Source of the DNA: Candidatus Nanohalobium sp.
GTDB lineage: Archaea; Nanohalarchaeota; Nanosalinia; Nanosalinales; Nanosalinaceae
Length of the DNA stretch: 27,916 nucleotides
Assembly (NCBI GenBank): GCA_042216335.1
Contig: JBDGTY010000014.1
Coordinates: forward strand, 1-27,916
Reading direction: 5' to 3'
Made by a program: the position numbers and the translations under genes. The notes beneath the pieces were generated by a model. It was not told the DNA's origin and did no database searches. It worked only from the letters and a program-made list of their open reading frames with translations. This document shows, piece after piece, positions 16,213-24,868 of this stretch; position 1 is the first letter of the stretch; the number at the start of each line of letters is the position of its first letter.

Positions 16213-17208
16213 ATGGATGAAGCGCTTCGTGAGCATCTGGAGTCCAGGTTAGGTGATTTTGACTGGGTTGAAGTTGAGCAGGGAGTGAACGATGTCTATA
16301 TCCTGAGTTTGGATGACAGGGATCTGGTTCTGAAGGTGCAGTCCGATCTGGCTGTTGATAGAAGTACGGAGGCCGAACCCGAGATCTACAGGATCATAGC
16401 TGATGAAGCTGATGTTCCGTCGCCGGAGATAGTTTACACCGATTTCTCGCGTGAACAGGCGGGTGATGCGTTCTACGTTATGGAGATGATGCATGGTGAG
16501 AAGGCTGAGGAGGCTTGGCCTGAGATGAGTATGAGGGACAGGAAGGAAGTTGTCTGCCAGTACGGCGAGATACTTGGAAAGATACACGACCTGAGGAGCT
16601 TCACCCAGCACGGGCCTCTCCGACTGAAGCAGGGAAAACTCCAAGTCAGAGATGGGAAAAATTCATGGACTAAAGCCCTCGCCTCCTGGTTTAAGGACTG
16701 GAAAGATAACCTGGAGGATTGGAGAAACCCTCCTGAAGTAGAGGTTCCAGAGGAAACGGAACTGAAGGGATTAGTGCCTGAAGACCCGGAACCGGTGCTG
16801 ATACATGAGGATAACAGGCTGGACAACCTGGTGCTTCAGGGATCTGAGATTTCAGGCTTCCTCGATTGGAGCAGCCCCATTTCTGGACCGAGAAAGTATG
16901 ACCTGGCCAGGGCCGGATACCTGTTAATAGACGGCGACACCACATACGCAGGGAAGGAAATCTTGACGGATAAACAGAAAGACAAGCTCAGAGAAGAACT
17001 CGTCAAGGGCTACAGAAACACTAACTCAATAGACTCTAGCTGGATGGACTCAGAGGAGAGACAAATCTACAGATATGCAGCGATACTGAACATCGCAGCT
17101 GATTTTGAAGAATGGAGCAATCAGATGGAAGAGAAAGATAGACAAAAAGTCAGGAAAGAGCTGATCGATAGATTGAAACAGGAAGAAACTAATTTGAAGG
17201 AAATTTAG
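16213..17208 (+). CDS. APH-family phosphotransferase (copy 2)
   Basis: LVLKV, DVPSPEI, LIHEDNRLDNLV, GFLDWS, YDLA. Confidence 0.92.
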   Translation: MDEALREHLESRLGDFDWVEVEQGVNDVYILSLDDRDLVLKVQSDLAVDRSTEAEPEIYRIIADEADVPSPEIVYTDFSREQAGDAFYVMEMMHGEKAEEAWPEMSMRDRKEVVCQYGEILGKIHDLRSFTQHGPLRLKQGKLQVRDGKNSWTKALASWFKDWKDNLEDWRNPPEVEVPEETELKGLVPEDPEPVLIHEDNRLDNLVLQGSEISGFLDWSSPISGPRKYDLARAGYLLIDGDTTYAGKEILTDKQKDKLREELVKGYRNTNSIDSSWMDSEERQIYRYAAILNIAADFEEWSNQMEEKDRQKVRKELIDRLKQEETNLKEI

Positions 17209-18005
17209 ATTTCCATTCCGTCAAACGCAATGTCTATTTCGAAGCTTGCTTCTTTCTCCAGATCCGAGGCAAATTCCTTTAGCTCTTCATGGTTCATTCC
17301 TCTGTTCTCCTCGATGTGCGTAAAAACCACTCTATCAGGGCCTATCTGTTTCAACTGGCCGAACAATCTGTGGAAATCAGTTATTTCATCGGGTTTTTCG
17401 AACTTCTCCATTTCAAGTCCTCCGAACTCCAGTATGAAGATCTCATGTTCTGAAACCTGTTTTAGGTCAAACTCTGTCAGGTCGCAGGGAGCGTAGAAGA
17501 TCTTTCTCTCATCTTCCAGTGAGTAACCATATGTATTTGACTCTTCTAGAGGTACTGCTTCAATCTTTACTCCATCGAATTTTCTGGATTTGAAATCTTG
17601 TTCCGCTTCCGCTATACCTCTTTCGATGTAGTAGTCCATCATACCTGACATATTCATGTCTCTTAGGTCCTCTAAAACTCCATCAGGAAACAGGACTTCT
17701 ACGGAATCATCGCTTGCATCATAAGAGCCAGCCAGCTGGTTGATCACCATCATGCCCATCGTGTGATCAGGATGGAAATGGGTGTAGAAAATCCTCCTGA
17801 CATCCTTGATTCTCTCTCTGTTCAACTGGAAAGAGATGTCCTGAGAGGTATCAATTAAAGCTTCGATATCTTCAATGTACAGGGCCGGGCCGGTTCTCAT
17901 ATTAGGAGGTGACATCTCCTCTCTAGCTTCCTCACAAACGTCACAGCCGCAGCATGGCTTAGGGATAGGATGAGTCGCGCCTGAGCCAAGGATCTTCAGA
18001 TCCAT
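17205..18005 (-). CDS. MBL-fold metallohydrolase, PhnP-like phosphodiesterase
   Basis: ILGSGA...PKPCCGCDVCEEAR (PhnP-type zinc site), LIDT, THFHPDHTMG (HxHxDH), FTHIEE, AFDGMEI. Confidence 0.9.
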   Translation of the reverse strand: MDLKILGSGATHPIPKPCCGCDVCEEAREEMSPPNMRTGPALYIEDIEALIDTSQDISFQLNRERIKDVRRIFYTHFHPDHTMGMMVINQLAGSYDASDDSVEVLFPDGVLEDLRDMNMSGMMDYYIERGIAEAEQDFKSRKFDGVKIEAVPLEESNTYGYSLEDERKIFYAPCDLTEFDLKQVSEHEIFILEFGGLEMEKFEKPDEITDFHRLFGQLKQIGPDRVVFTHIEENRGMNHEELKEFASDLEKEASFEIDIAFDGMEI

Positions 18006-18057
18006 GTCAATATTTCAAAGACTCACAGTTTTCAAGCTTCACAACGAGTAAATTTCT

Positions 18058-18336
18058 ATGCCACGAACTGCTGAAAACCTTCCGCGCCACGAACTAATCG
18101 GCCTCCATGCAGAGGTCGAAGAACACTCTGACGATAATAAAGAGGATATTTCTGGAGAAGTTCTGGATGAGACCCGTGACATGCTGAGGATCGGAGAAAA
18201 ATGGGTTGAGAAGGAGGGAACTGTCTTCCTGTTTGAATTGGAGGATTCGAAGGTGCGGATCAATGGAGATATCATCCAGAAAAGGCCCGAAGACCGGTTG
18301 AAGATGAAGTTGCCGGGCAAGTGGGAAAGCGTCTAG
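18058..18336 (+). CDS. rnp1: RNase P protein component 1 (Rpp29/Pop4)
   Basis: NLPRHELIGL, GEVLDETRDML, G-x5-RPEDR; normally lies between SUI1 and uS17. Confidence 0.94.
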   Translation: MPRTAENLPRHELIGLHAEVEEHSDDNKEDISGEVLDETRDMLRIGEKWVEKEGTVFLFELEDSKVRINGDIIQKRPEDRLKMKLPGKWESV

Positions 18337-18926
18337 AGTTCAATTATCTTAGAGTCTTGGATGCTTCCATCATAGAACTCATCTGGCTCATATCCAGCGG
18401 ATATCCAGTTAGAAGGATATGAACTCCCAACAGCTCCTTCAACTCCTCTACATCCGTATATAAACTGGCCTGACTCAATTGCTCTATCCTTATCTCTCTT
18501 ATCGCTGTGGAAAGGTTTGTTACTTACATCTTCTATGTTATCTAGGGGTACATCTACCTCTAAGATTATGCTTTTCTCAAGCTTAGGTTCTCCGTATCTT
18601 TCCTTAGTGGCTGTGCCCGCATAACCTGAGGCTGTCTCGAAACTATGTGTTAAATATAGATTGTTTTCGGAAACAATCTCTCCTCCGTTGTTATTCAAGT
18701 GCTCATTCCAATCTTCACGACATGCACCAAAGAAAAGAGATATCGTTTCATCCTCTAAATCAATTCTATTGCCGGCTTTTTCCAAATCATAACCTGATTT
18801 AAGTTCTACTTCGCTCGGTGATTCGGATTTAAGCCAGTCATGCTGATATTCTAATTCCCAGTCAAAAGGCAAATTTTCCACGAGTTCTGCCAGTTCTTCA
18901 TGTCCTTGGTTCTGATCCAGGCTCAC
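18333..18926 (-). CDS. Hypothetical protein, possible degenerate ADP-ribosyltransferase-like fold
   Basis: LFFGA...LYLTHSFETASGYA...IILEVDVP. The GTG at 18926 lies 23-30 nt after TTTATAAA (18949-18956). Confidence 0.65.
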   Translation of the reverse strand: MSLDQNQGHEELAELVENLPFDWELEYQHDWLKSESPSEVELKSGYDLEKAGNRIDLEDETISLFFGACREDWNEHLNNNGGEIVSENNLYLTHSFETASGYAGTATKERYGEPKLEKSIILEVDVPLDNIEDVSNKPFHSDKRDKDRAIESGQFIYGCRGVEGAVGSSYPSNWISAGYEPDEFYDGSIQDSKIIEL

Positions 18927-18981
18927 GTATTTACTTGTTAGTGACAAATTTATAAATATTTCTCTATTCTGGCTCCTTATC

Positions 18982-19017
18982 ACCCTTTTTAAGAGTTGTC
19001 TTCTTTCATTTGTTTAC
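18982..19017 (+). promoter_or_regulatory. Promoter of the uS17-secY transcript (TTTTTAAG at 18986-18993)
   Basis: TATA-like box about 30 nt before the leader hairpin; shares ACCC, TTGTCTT and TTTAC with the uL3 promoter. Confidence 0.7.
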
Positions 19018-19168
19018 GACCTTTGGGTCGTGGTTTTGGATTCCTGCTGAAAGTCGCGTCAAAGCGAAACTGCAGAAAGGAGTCCGGCTTAGGAGGAAAA
19101 CCGCGTTTTTCCGAGAGTCGGGTTTCTGTGGTTGAGGCAGGGATTTATTCCGAGGTGAAACAATAACA
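19016..19168 (+). promoter_or_regulatory. Structured 5' leader of the uS17 operon (candidate r-leader)
   Basis: Stems 19016-19021/19026-19031, 19037-19043/19080-19086, 19044-19047/19072-19075, 19054-19057/19064-19067, 19095-19100/19107-19112, 19122-19128/19138-19144; SD GAGGTGA at 19152-19158. Confidence 0.65.
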
Positions 19169-19441
19169 ATGAGTCAAGAATACGAGGTAAGAGGCGGAAC
19201 GTTCACGGGAACAGTCGTTTCCACGAAGATGCAGAAGTCCGCCACCGTAAGATGGGAGCATACGCAGGAAATTCCAAAATACGAGAGAAAAGAGAGAAGA
19301 AACACCAAGATCTCCGTACACGTCCCCGAAGACATGGAAATAGAAGAGGGCGACACGGTTAAAGTAGGAGAGACACGACCCATCTCAAAAACCAAGAGCC
19401 ACATAGTGATGGAAAAAGTCGAAGACAACGGAGATGAGTAA
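19169..19441 (+). CDS. rps19-like not applicable: 30S ribosomal protein uS17
   Basis: VRGGTFTGTVVSTKMQKS, PKYER, ETRPISKTKS. The gene symbol is rps17. Confidence 0.97.
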   Translation: MSQEYEVRGGTFTGTVVSTKMQKSATVRWEHTQEIPKYERKERRNTKISVHVPEDMEIEEGDTVKVGETRPISKTKSHIVMEKVEDNGDE

Positions 19442-19444
19442 CTT

Positions 19445-19846
19445 ATGAAGCCACTGGGATCCAACATTTCTCGTACGCTTGACATCGGAGCAGAGCTTAC
19501 ATGTGCTGACAACTCCGGAGCAAAGGAACTCAAGATTATCGGAGTCAAGTCCAGGAAAGGAAGAAGAAGCCGAAGAGAAAGCGCAGGAGTCGGCGACATC
19601 GTCAAGGTAAAGATTCTGAGAGGAGACGAGGAAGTCCGACATCAGGTATTCGACGCAGTGATCGTAAGACAGGCCAAGGAATTCCAGAGGCCGAACGGGC
19701 TCAGAGTGAAATTCGAGGACAACGCAGCAGTCCTGATCGAAGAGGAAACCATGCTGCCAAAAGGAAACGTAACAAAAGGACCGATCGCAAAGGAAGTAGT
19801 TCAGAGATTCAGTCCGATCGGGAAAATCGCATCAAAGGTGGTGTAA
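19445..19846 (+). CDS. rpl14: 50S ribosomal protein uL14
   Basis: CADNSGAKEL, AVIVRQ, FEDNAAV, KGPIAKE. Confidence 0.98.
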   Translation: MKPLGSNISRTLDIGAELTCADNSGAKELKIIGVKSRKGRRSRRESAGVGDIVKVKILRGDEEVRHQVFDAVIVRQAKEFQRPNGLRVKFEDNAAVLIEEETMLPKGNVTKGPIAKEVVQRFSPIGKIASKVV

Positions 19847-19849
19847 ATT

Positions 19850-20536
19850 ATGGTAGATAAAACTCAGAACTGGAGCAGGGAATGGAAAGCAAGTGACCAG
19901 CCTCAGAAGCAGAGAAAGTACAGAAGAAATGCTCCACAGCACGTTAAAGACAACATGATTTCAGCAAACCTCTCACACGAACTAAGAGACGAGCTCGATA
20001 CAAGAAATATTCAGCTCAACCTTGGTGACAGGGTCGAAGTGATGAGAGGAGACTTCAAAGGAAGCAGAGGAATCGTCTCGAATATCGACAGGGACAAGCA
20101 GAAAGTATACATCGACGGACTGGAGGCGGAGAAGCAGGATGGAACGACGAGAGAGGTTCCTTTCAAGCCGTCCAACCTGCAGATTCGGGCGCTCAACCTT
20201 GAGAACATCGAGAGGATCGAGAAGTTCGAGGTAGAGGATACCGACGCGATCCAGGTCGACGAGGAAGAAGTTGAGGAAGTCCTTGAGGAAGACGAAGAAA
20301 ACGAGATGATGCAGCAGATGCAGGGCGGCGGCCAGCAACCATCCATGGACGACATGGACATCGACGAGGAAGACATGGAAGAGATCAAGGAAGCAGCAGA
20401 AGAAGCACAAGAATCAGAAGATGAAGATTCCGAAGACGAAGCAGATGAAGAAGTTGAGGAACAAGACGAAACCGAAGCTGAAGAGCTGGAGGAATCTGAA
20501 TCTTCTCAAGAAGACGAAAAGGAGGGAGATAAATGA
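19850..20536 (+). CDS. rpl24: 50S ribosomal protein uL24 with an acidic tail
   Basis: SDQPQKQRKY, GDRVEVMRGDFKG, PSNLQI; about 105-aa acidic extension. Confidence 0.96.
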   Translation: MVDKTQNWSREWKASDQPQKQRKYRRNAPQHVKDNMISANLSHELRDELDTRNIQLNLGDRVEVMRGDFKGSRGIVSNIDRDKQKVYIDGLEAEKQDGTTREVPFKPSNLQIRALNLENIERIEKFEVEDTDAIQVDEEEVEEVLEEDEENEMMQQMQGGGQQPSMDDMDIDEEDMEEIKEAAEEAQESEDEDSEDEADEEVEEQDETEAEELEESESSQEDEKEGDK

Positions 20537-21192
20537 TGACACATCAGAAAAGACTTTCAGCACCTAAGCACTACCCGATCTCCAGGAAGGAGAACACGTA
20601 CATCTCGACGGTCAAGGGAAGCAGAAGTGTAGAAGATGCTATCCCGGCCAACGTATTCCTGAGAGATGTAACGGAGTATGCAGAAACCGACAAAGAAGCC
20701 AAAAAGATAGTAGAGAACGGAGACATCCTCAGGAACGGAGAGAAGCTGAGAGATGCCAAACAGGGTATCGGTGTACTGGACCTGGTCCAGCTGCCGAAAG
20801 CTGGGGAAAACTTCAGGGTACTCAGAGATGGAAAAGACCTGAAGTTCGTCCCGACTGAAGACAAAAGAACAGTGGCCAAGATAGTTGGAAAAAAGGTCGA
20901 GGGCGACGACTTCATCTACCATCTTCACAACGGAGAGAACTTCAGGAGCACAACCGAATACGAGACAGGGAATACACTGCTCCTGAAGGAAGGAGAAGAG
21001 GAAGTCAAGCTTGAGGAAGGATCAGAAGTCCTCGTAATCTCCGGTCAGCACGCAGGAGAGACCGCAGAACTTGAGGAAATCAACGAGAGAGGGATGAATC
21101 CGGATACAGGAACAGTTTCCGAGAACGGGACAGAGTTCGAGACCAAGCTGGAAAACCTTGTAGCAGTAGGAGACCTAGAGGTGACAGAATAA
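20533..21192 (+). CDS. rps4e: 30S ribosomal protein eS4
   Basis: THQKRLSAP, FLRD, LHNGEN, SGQHAG; synteny. Confidence 0.95.
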   Translation: MMTHQKRLSAPKHYPISRKENTYISTVKGSRSVEDAIPANVFLRDVTEYAETDKEAKKIVENGDILRNGEKLRDAKQGIGVLDLVQLPKAGENFRVLRDGKDLKFVPTEDKRTVAKIVGKKVEGDDFIYHLHNGENFRSTTEYETGNTLLLKEGEEEVKLEEGSEVLVISGQHAGETAELEEINERGMNPDTGTVSENGTEFETKLENLVAVGDLEVTE

Positions 21193-21707
21193 TGACTGAA
21201 GCTGAGAATCCGATGAAGCAGATTCAGGTAGCTAAAGTAACAGTAAACATCAGTGAGGAAAACGTTGGTGATGAAGTAGAGAAAGCTCACGACCTGATCG
21301 AGAAGATCACTGGAAGAGAACCTGTAAGGGTAGAATCCTCCGAGAAGGCCAAGACTTTTGGTAACAGGCAGGGCCTGAACATCGGTGCGATGGTGACGCT
21401 TAGAGGAAAGGACGCAAAGGAGTTCCTCGAAAAAGTTCAGCCAGCGATCGAAGAATTGAACGCTTCCTCTTTCAGCGACGGAAACTTCGCATTTGGAATC
21501 AGCGAATACATCGATGTGCCCGGAGTAGACTACGATGCAGATATCGGCATGAAAGGTTTCGAGGTAAACGTCGTACTGGAAAGGCCTGGATACAGGGTCA
21601 AGAAAAGAGACCACAAACCATCCGAGGTCGGAAACGATCACAAAGTTTCCAATGAAGAAGCGATCGAGTTCGCTGAAGAAGAACTCGGATTCGAGGTGAA
21701 CAGATAA
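21192..21707 (+). CDS. rpl5: 50S ribosomal protein uL5
   Basis: [43 protein letters not shown]. Confidence 0.97.
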   Translation: MTEAENPMKQIQVAKVTVNISEENVGDEVEKAHDLIEKITGREPVRVESSEKAKTFGNRQGLNIGAMVTLRGKDAKEFLEKVQPAIEELNASSFSDGNFAFGISEYIDVPGVDYDADIGMKGFEVNVVLERPGYRVKKRDHKPSEVGNDHKVSNEEAIEFAEEELGFEVNR

Positions 21708-21931
21708 TGAGTTACGAAAAGGTTTTAGACCAGATCAAGCATAAGGAGGGTAAAAGAAAGAAATTTGAGAAGAACAACTCTCCTAAAGAGCGAGATTACG
21801 GAAAAGCCAAGAAAGAATGCAGAAGATGTGGCAGAACAGGAAGAGGAGTCATCAGCAAGTACGGACTCGACTACTGCCGCCAATGCTTCAGAGAAGTCGC
21901 TGAAGAGATCGGCTTCAAACAACTCAAGTAG
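21707..21931 (+). CDS. rps14: 30S ribosomal protein uS14 (zinc type, N-terminally extended)
   Basis: CRRCG...[15 protein letters not shown]. Confidence 0.96.
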   Translation: MSYEKVLDQIKHKEGKRKKFEKNNSPKERDYGKAKKECRRCGRTGRGVISKYGLDYCRQCFREVAEEIGFKQLK

Positions 21932-21987
21932 GTGAGCCGAAAATGCGAGATTTTCTGACAACGACAACACAAGGTGATGACGAGTGA
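21930..21987 (+). other. Intercistronic element: hairpin plus a 14-codon mini-ORF (MRDFLTTTTQGDDE, 21943-21987)
   Basis: SD AGGTGA at 21930-21935, ATG at 21943, and TGA overlapping the uS8 GTG (GTGA). Hairpin GAAAAT-GCGAG-ATTTTC at 21939-21955. Confidence 0.5.
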
Positions 21988-22373
21988 AACATGATACACT
22001 GAGCGACGCATTGAGCGCGATCAACAACGCGGCTCGAAACGACAAGGATTACGCGACAGTCGAGCCGACCAGCAACCTGCTGAAGAACGTACTGGTCGAG
22101 CTACAGCAGAACGGATACATCGGAGTATTCGAACTGGTTGAAGACGGACAGGGAGGCAAGTTCAAGATCGAGGTAACTGACACGATCAATGAATGCAGAC
22201 CGGTCAAGCCGAACTTCTCCGTCCAGAACGATGAGTTCGACAAATGGGCCAAGAGATACCTCCCGGCGCAGGGATTCGGAGATCTCATCGTCACGACTTC
22301 ACACGGAGTTATGACGCATGAGGAAGCCCGTGAAGAAAACCTAGGAGGAAAATTGCTCGGATACGTCTACTGA
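21984..22373 (+). CDS. rps8: 30S ribosomal protein uS8
   Basis: DTLSDALSAINNA, GYIGVFE, YLPAQGFG, TTSHGVMTH, GGKLLGYVY. Confidence 0.98.
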   Translation: MKHDTLSDALSAINNAARNDKDYATVEPTSNLLKNVLVELQQNGYIGVFELVEDGQGGKFKIEVTDTINECRPVKPNFSVQNDEFDKWAKRYLPAQGFGDLIVTTSHGVMTHEEAREENLGGKLLGYVY

Positions 22374-22384
22374 GGAGATCAAAA

Positions 22385-22912
22385 ATGGAACAAGCAACGA
22401 TCGAGATTCCGGAGGACTTCGACGCAAGCTACGAAGATGGAGTGTTCACTCTGTCGAACGGCGAGGAAGTCAGCAAGAAGATGCAGCACGCGATGGTAGA
22501 CGTAGATATCGATGGACAGGAAGTAACGTTCAGCACTCGAAGCACCAAAAAAGATGTCCAGAGCATCGTGCACACGTACAGGAACCATGTAGAAAACATG
22601 ATCGAAGGATTGGAAGACGAACATGTCTACAGAATGAAGGGCGTCTACGCTCACTTCCCGATGACAGTGAAGCAGGAAGGAGATCAGGTAGTGATAGAGA
22701 ACTTCATGGGTGAAAGAAATCCTAGAAAGGTCGACATCATGGAAGGAGTAACGGTCGAAGTCGATGGAGAAGACCTGACGCTTCGAGGCGCGGACAAGGA
22801 CGCAGTAAGCCAGACAGCAGCACGGGTCGAACAGATGTGCCACAAAGGGAATAGGGATCCGAGGACGTTCCAGGACGGAGTCTACATCACGCAGAAAGGT
22901 GATCAAGAATGA
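22385..22912 (+). CDS. rpl6: 50S ribosomal protein uL6
   Basis: YAHFPM, IENFMGE, VSQTAARVEQ, DPRTFQDGVYI. Confidence 0.97.
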   Translation: MEQATIEIPEDFDASYEDGVFTLSNGEEVSKKMQHAMVDVDIDGQEVTFSTRSTKKDVQSIVHTYRNHVENMIEGLEDEHVYRMKGVYAHFPMTVKQEGDQVVIENFMGERNPRKVDIMEGVTVEVDGEDLTLRGADKDAVSQTAARVEQMCHKGNRDPRTFQDGVYITQKGDQE

Positions 22913-23247
22913 GCGATAAATTCGAGAGGCAGATGAAGCACAAACACAGTAAACTGGAGAATACTTCCTGGAGAAACCCGGTAGGAAAGCACTCCAAGGT
23001 AAGACTTGAGAAGAAGCATGCCGCACCGAAGCCGAAGGCAGGATACAGAACTGACAAGGAAGTCAGAGGAAAACATCCTTCCGGCTACGAAGACGTACTA
23101 GTCCACAACACGGACGACCTGGAAGAACTAGATCAGGAGACAGAGGCAGCAAGAATCGGATCCAAGGTCGGCGGCAGAAAAAGAGCAGATATTATCGAAA
23201 AGGCAGACGAAGAGGACATCAAAGTCCTCAACAGAGGTGAAGAATAG
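22909..23247 (+). CDS. rpl32e: 50S ribosomal protein eL32
   Basis: SWRNPVGKHSKVR, RGKHPSG, VGGRKR. Confidence 0.95.
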   Translation: MSDKFERQMKHKHSKLENTSWRNPVGKHSKVRLEKKHAAPKPKAGYRTDKEVRGKHPSGYEDVLVHNTDDLEELDQETEAARIGSKVGGRKRADIIEKADEEDIKVLNRGEE

Positions 23248-23249
23248 AT

Positions 23250-23696
23250 ATGACGGATCTGAAGTCTCAGAAACGGATGGCGGCAGAAGTCATGGATGTA
23301 GGAGAAGACAGAGTATGGATCGACCCTGAAGAACAGGAAAAGGTCTCCGAAGCGATCACAAGGAAAGACATCAGGAACCTTGTAGAAGGAGGCACGATCC
23401 AGAAGAAAGATGAGAAAGGAACATCGAAGGGCCGAGCCAAGGAAATCAAGAAGCAGAAGAAGAAAGGACAGAGGAAAGGCCACGGAAGCAGGAAAGGAAA
23501 GAAATCCGCTAGAAAAAGCGACAAGCAGAAATGGATGGAGAAGATCAGAGCCATCCGCGACAGACTGAAGGAGATGAAGGAAGAGGAGGAGATCACCCCC
23601 GAGCAGTACAGGAAGCTGTACGACATGAGCAAGGGAGGATTCTTCAGAGACACGAAACACCTGGAAAACCACGTAGAGAACAAACTTGAGGGATAA
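23250..23696 (+). CDS. rpl19e: 50S ribosomal protein eL19
   Basis: QKRMAA, RVWIDP, AITRKDIR, GSRKG, YRKLY...KGGFF. Confidence 0.97.
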   Translation: MTDLKSQKRMAAEVMDVGEDRVWIDPEEQEKVSEAITRKDIRNLVEGGTIQKKDEKGTSKGRAKEIKKQKKKGQRKGHGSRKGKKSARKSDKQKWMEKIRAIRDRLKEMKEEEEITPEQYRKLYDMSKGGFFRDTKHLENHVENKLEG

Positions 23697-23699
23697 TTT

Positions 23700-24209
23700 A
23701 TGGCAGAAGATCAAAACACAAAGGTACCGCATAGAAGACGGAGAGAACAGAAGACTGACTACCAGCAGAGAAGGAAGCTTCTACAGTCAGGGAAACCGCG
23801 TGCAGTAGTCAGGACAAGCAACAAGCATACTAGAACCCATCTCGCACACTTCCGGAGAGAAGGTGATGAGAACACAGCTCAGACAATCAGCAAGGAACTC
23901 GAAGAGTATGGATGGGAACACAACACAGGAAATCTTCCTGCAGCATACCTGACAGGATTCCTCACAGGAATGAAGACAGAGGAAGACGAGGCGATCCTCG
24001 ACCTGGGAATCAAGGAAAAGAAGAACGGCGGCAGAATCTTCGCAGCCGTCCAGGGCATGAACGACGCAGGACTCGAAGTCCCGGTAGGAGATGAAGCAGT
24101 ACCGGAAGAAGAAAGACTGAGAGGAGAGCACATCAATGAGATGACAGGAGAAGAAGTACCAGAAAACTTCGAGGAAGTCAAGGAAAACATCAGAGGTGAA
24201 TACGAATGA
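23700..24209 (+). CDS. rpl18: 50S ribosomal protein uL18
   Basis: RRRREQKTDY, NLPAAYLTG, AILDLG, DAGLEVP. Confidence 0.97.
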   Translation: MAEDQNTKVPHRRRREQKTDYQQRRKLLQSGKPRAVVRTSNKHTRTHLAHFRREGDENTAQTISKELEEYGWEHNTGNLPAAYLTGFLTGMKTEEDEAILDLGIKEKKNGGRIFAAVQGMNDAGLEVPVGDEAVPEEERLRGEHINEMTGEEVPENFEEVKENIRGEYE

Positions 24210-24868
24210 GTCAGCAAGAACAGGAGGAGATATGGAAGCCGAAGACAGAACTCGGTGAGATGGTCGCCAATGGCCAGATTACAGATATCCGTGAAGCATT
24301 GAACTCCGACAAGAAGATCATGGAGCCGGAAATCGTTGACCAGCTCGCAGACCTTCAGGAGGAAGTAGTGCTTATCGGAGGAACACCGGGCAAAGGAGGA
24401 GGCAAGACAAGAACAGTCTCCAAGAGAACCGCCAGGATGCACAAGTCAGGAGCACGATACAACAGCAAGGCCATGACAATCCTCGGCAACAAGAACGGCA
24501 TCGTCGGCATCGGAATGGGAGAGTCAGATGACACACGAGCCGCGATCGACGACGCCAACAGAAGAGCAAAGCTAAACCTCATCGAAGTACCAAGAGGAAA
24601 CGGATCCTGGGAAGACCAGGGCAACAACGACACATCCATCCCACTCGCAGTAACAGGAAAAAGTGGTTCAGTAACGGTAGAAGTCAAGCCAGCGCCGAGA
24701 GGAACAGGGCTTGCAGCTTCAGATGAAGTCAAGAAGATTCTCAGGCTTGCCGGAATAGAGAACGCATGGGTCCAGTCCAGGGGAACCACGAGAACACGTG
24801 AAAACCTGATCAAGGCAACGTTCAACGCCCTTGAAAAAATCGGAGAATACCAGAGAGGAGATGAATGA
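24206..24868 (+). CDS. rps5: 30S ribosomal protein uS5
   Basis: WKPKTELG, EPEIVD, GKSGSV, PAPRGTGL, NLIKATFNAL. Confidence 0.97.
   Translation: MSQQEQEEIWKPKTELGEMVANGQITDIREALNSDKKIMEPEIVDQLADLQEEVVLIGGTPGKGGGKTRTVSKRTARMHKSGARYNSKAMTILGNKNGIVGIGMGESDDTRAAIDDANRRAKLNLIEVPRGNGSWEDQGNNDTSIPLAVTGKSGSVTVEVKPAPRGTGLAASDEVKKILRLAGIENAWVQSRGTTRTRENLIKATFNALEKIGEYQRGDE

Noticed and set aside
12237-18005. A bona fide antibiotic-resistance island
   Set aside because: Only fold-level similarity: the GNATs are RimJ/RimL-like, the MBL is PhnP-like and the methyltransferase is RsmC-like.
10610-18057. Provirus or transposon
   Set aside because: No integrase, transposase, capsid gene, terminal repeats or att-like duplication was seen.
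19095-19112. GGAAAA-CCGCGT-TTTTCC as a further copy of the intercistronic hairpin
   Set aside because: It lacks CCGAA and the GAG loop; the similarity is limited to A/T runs.
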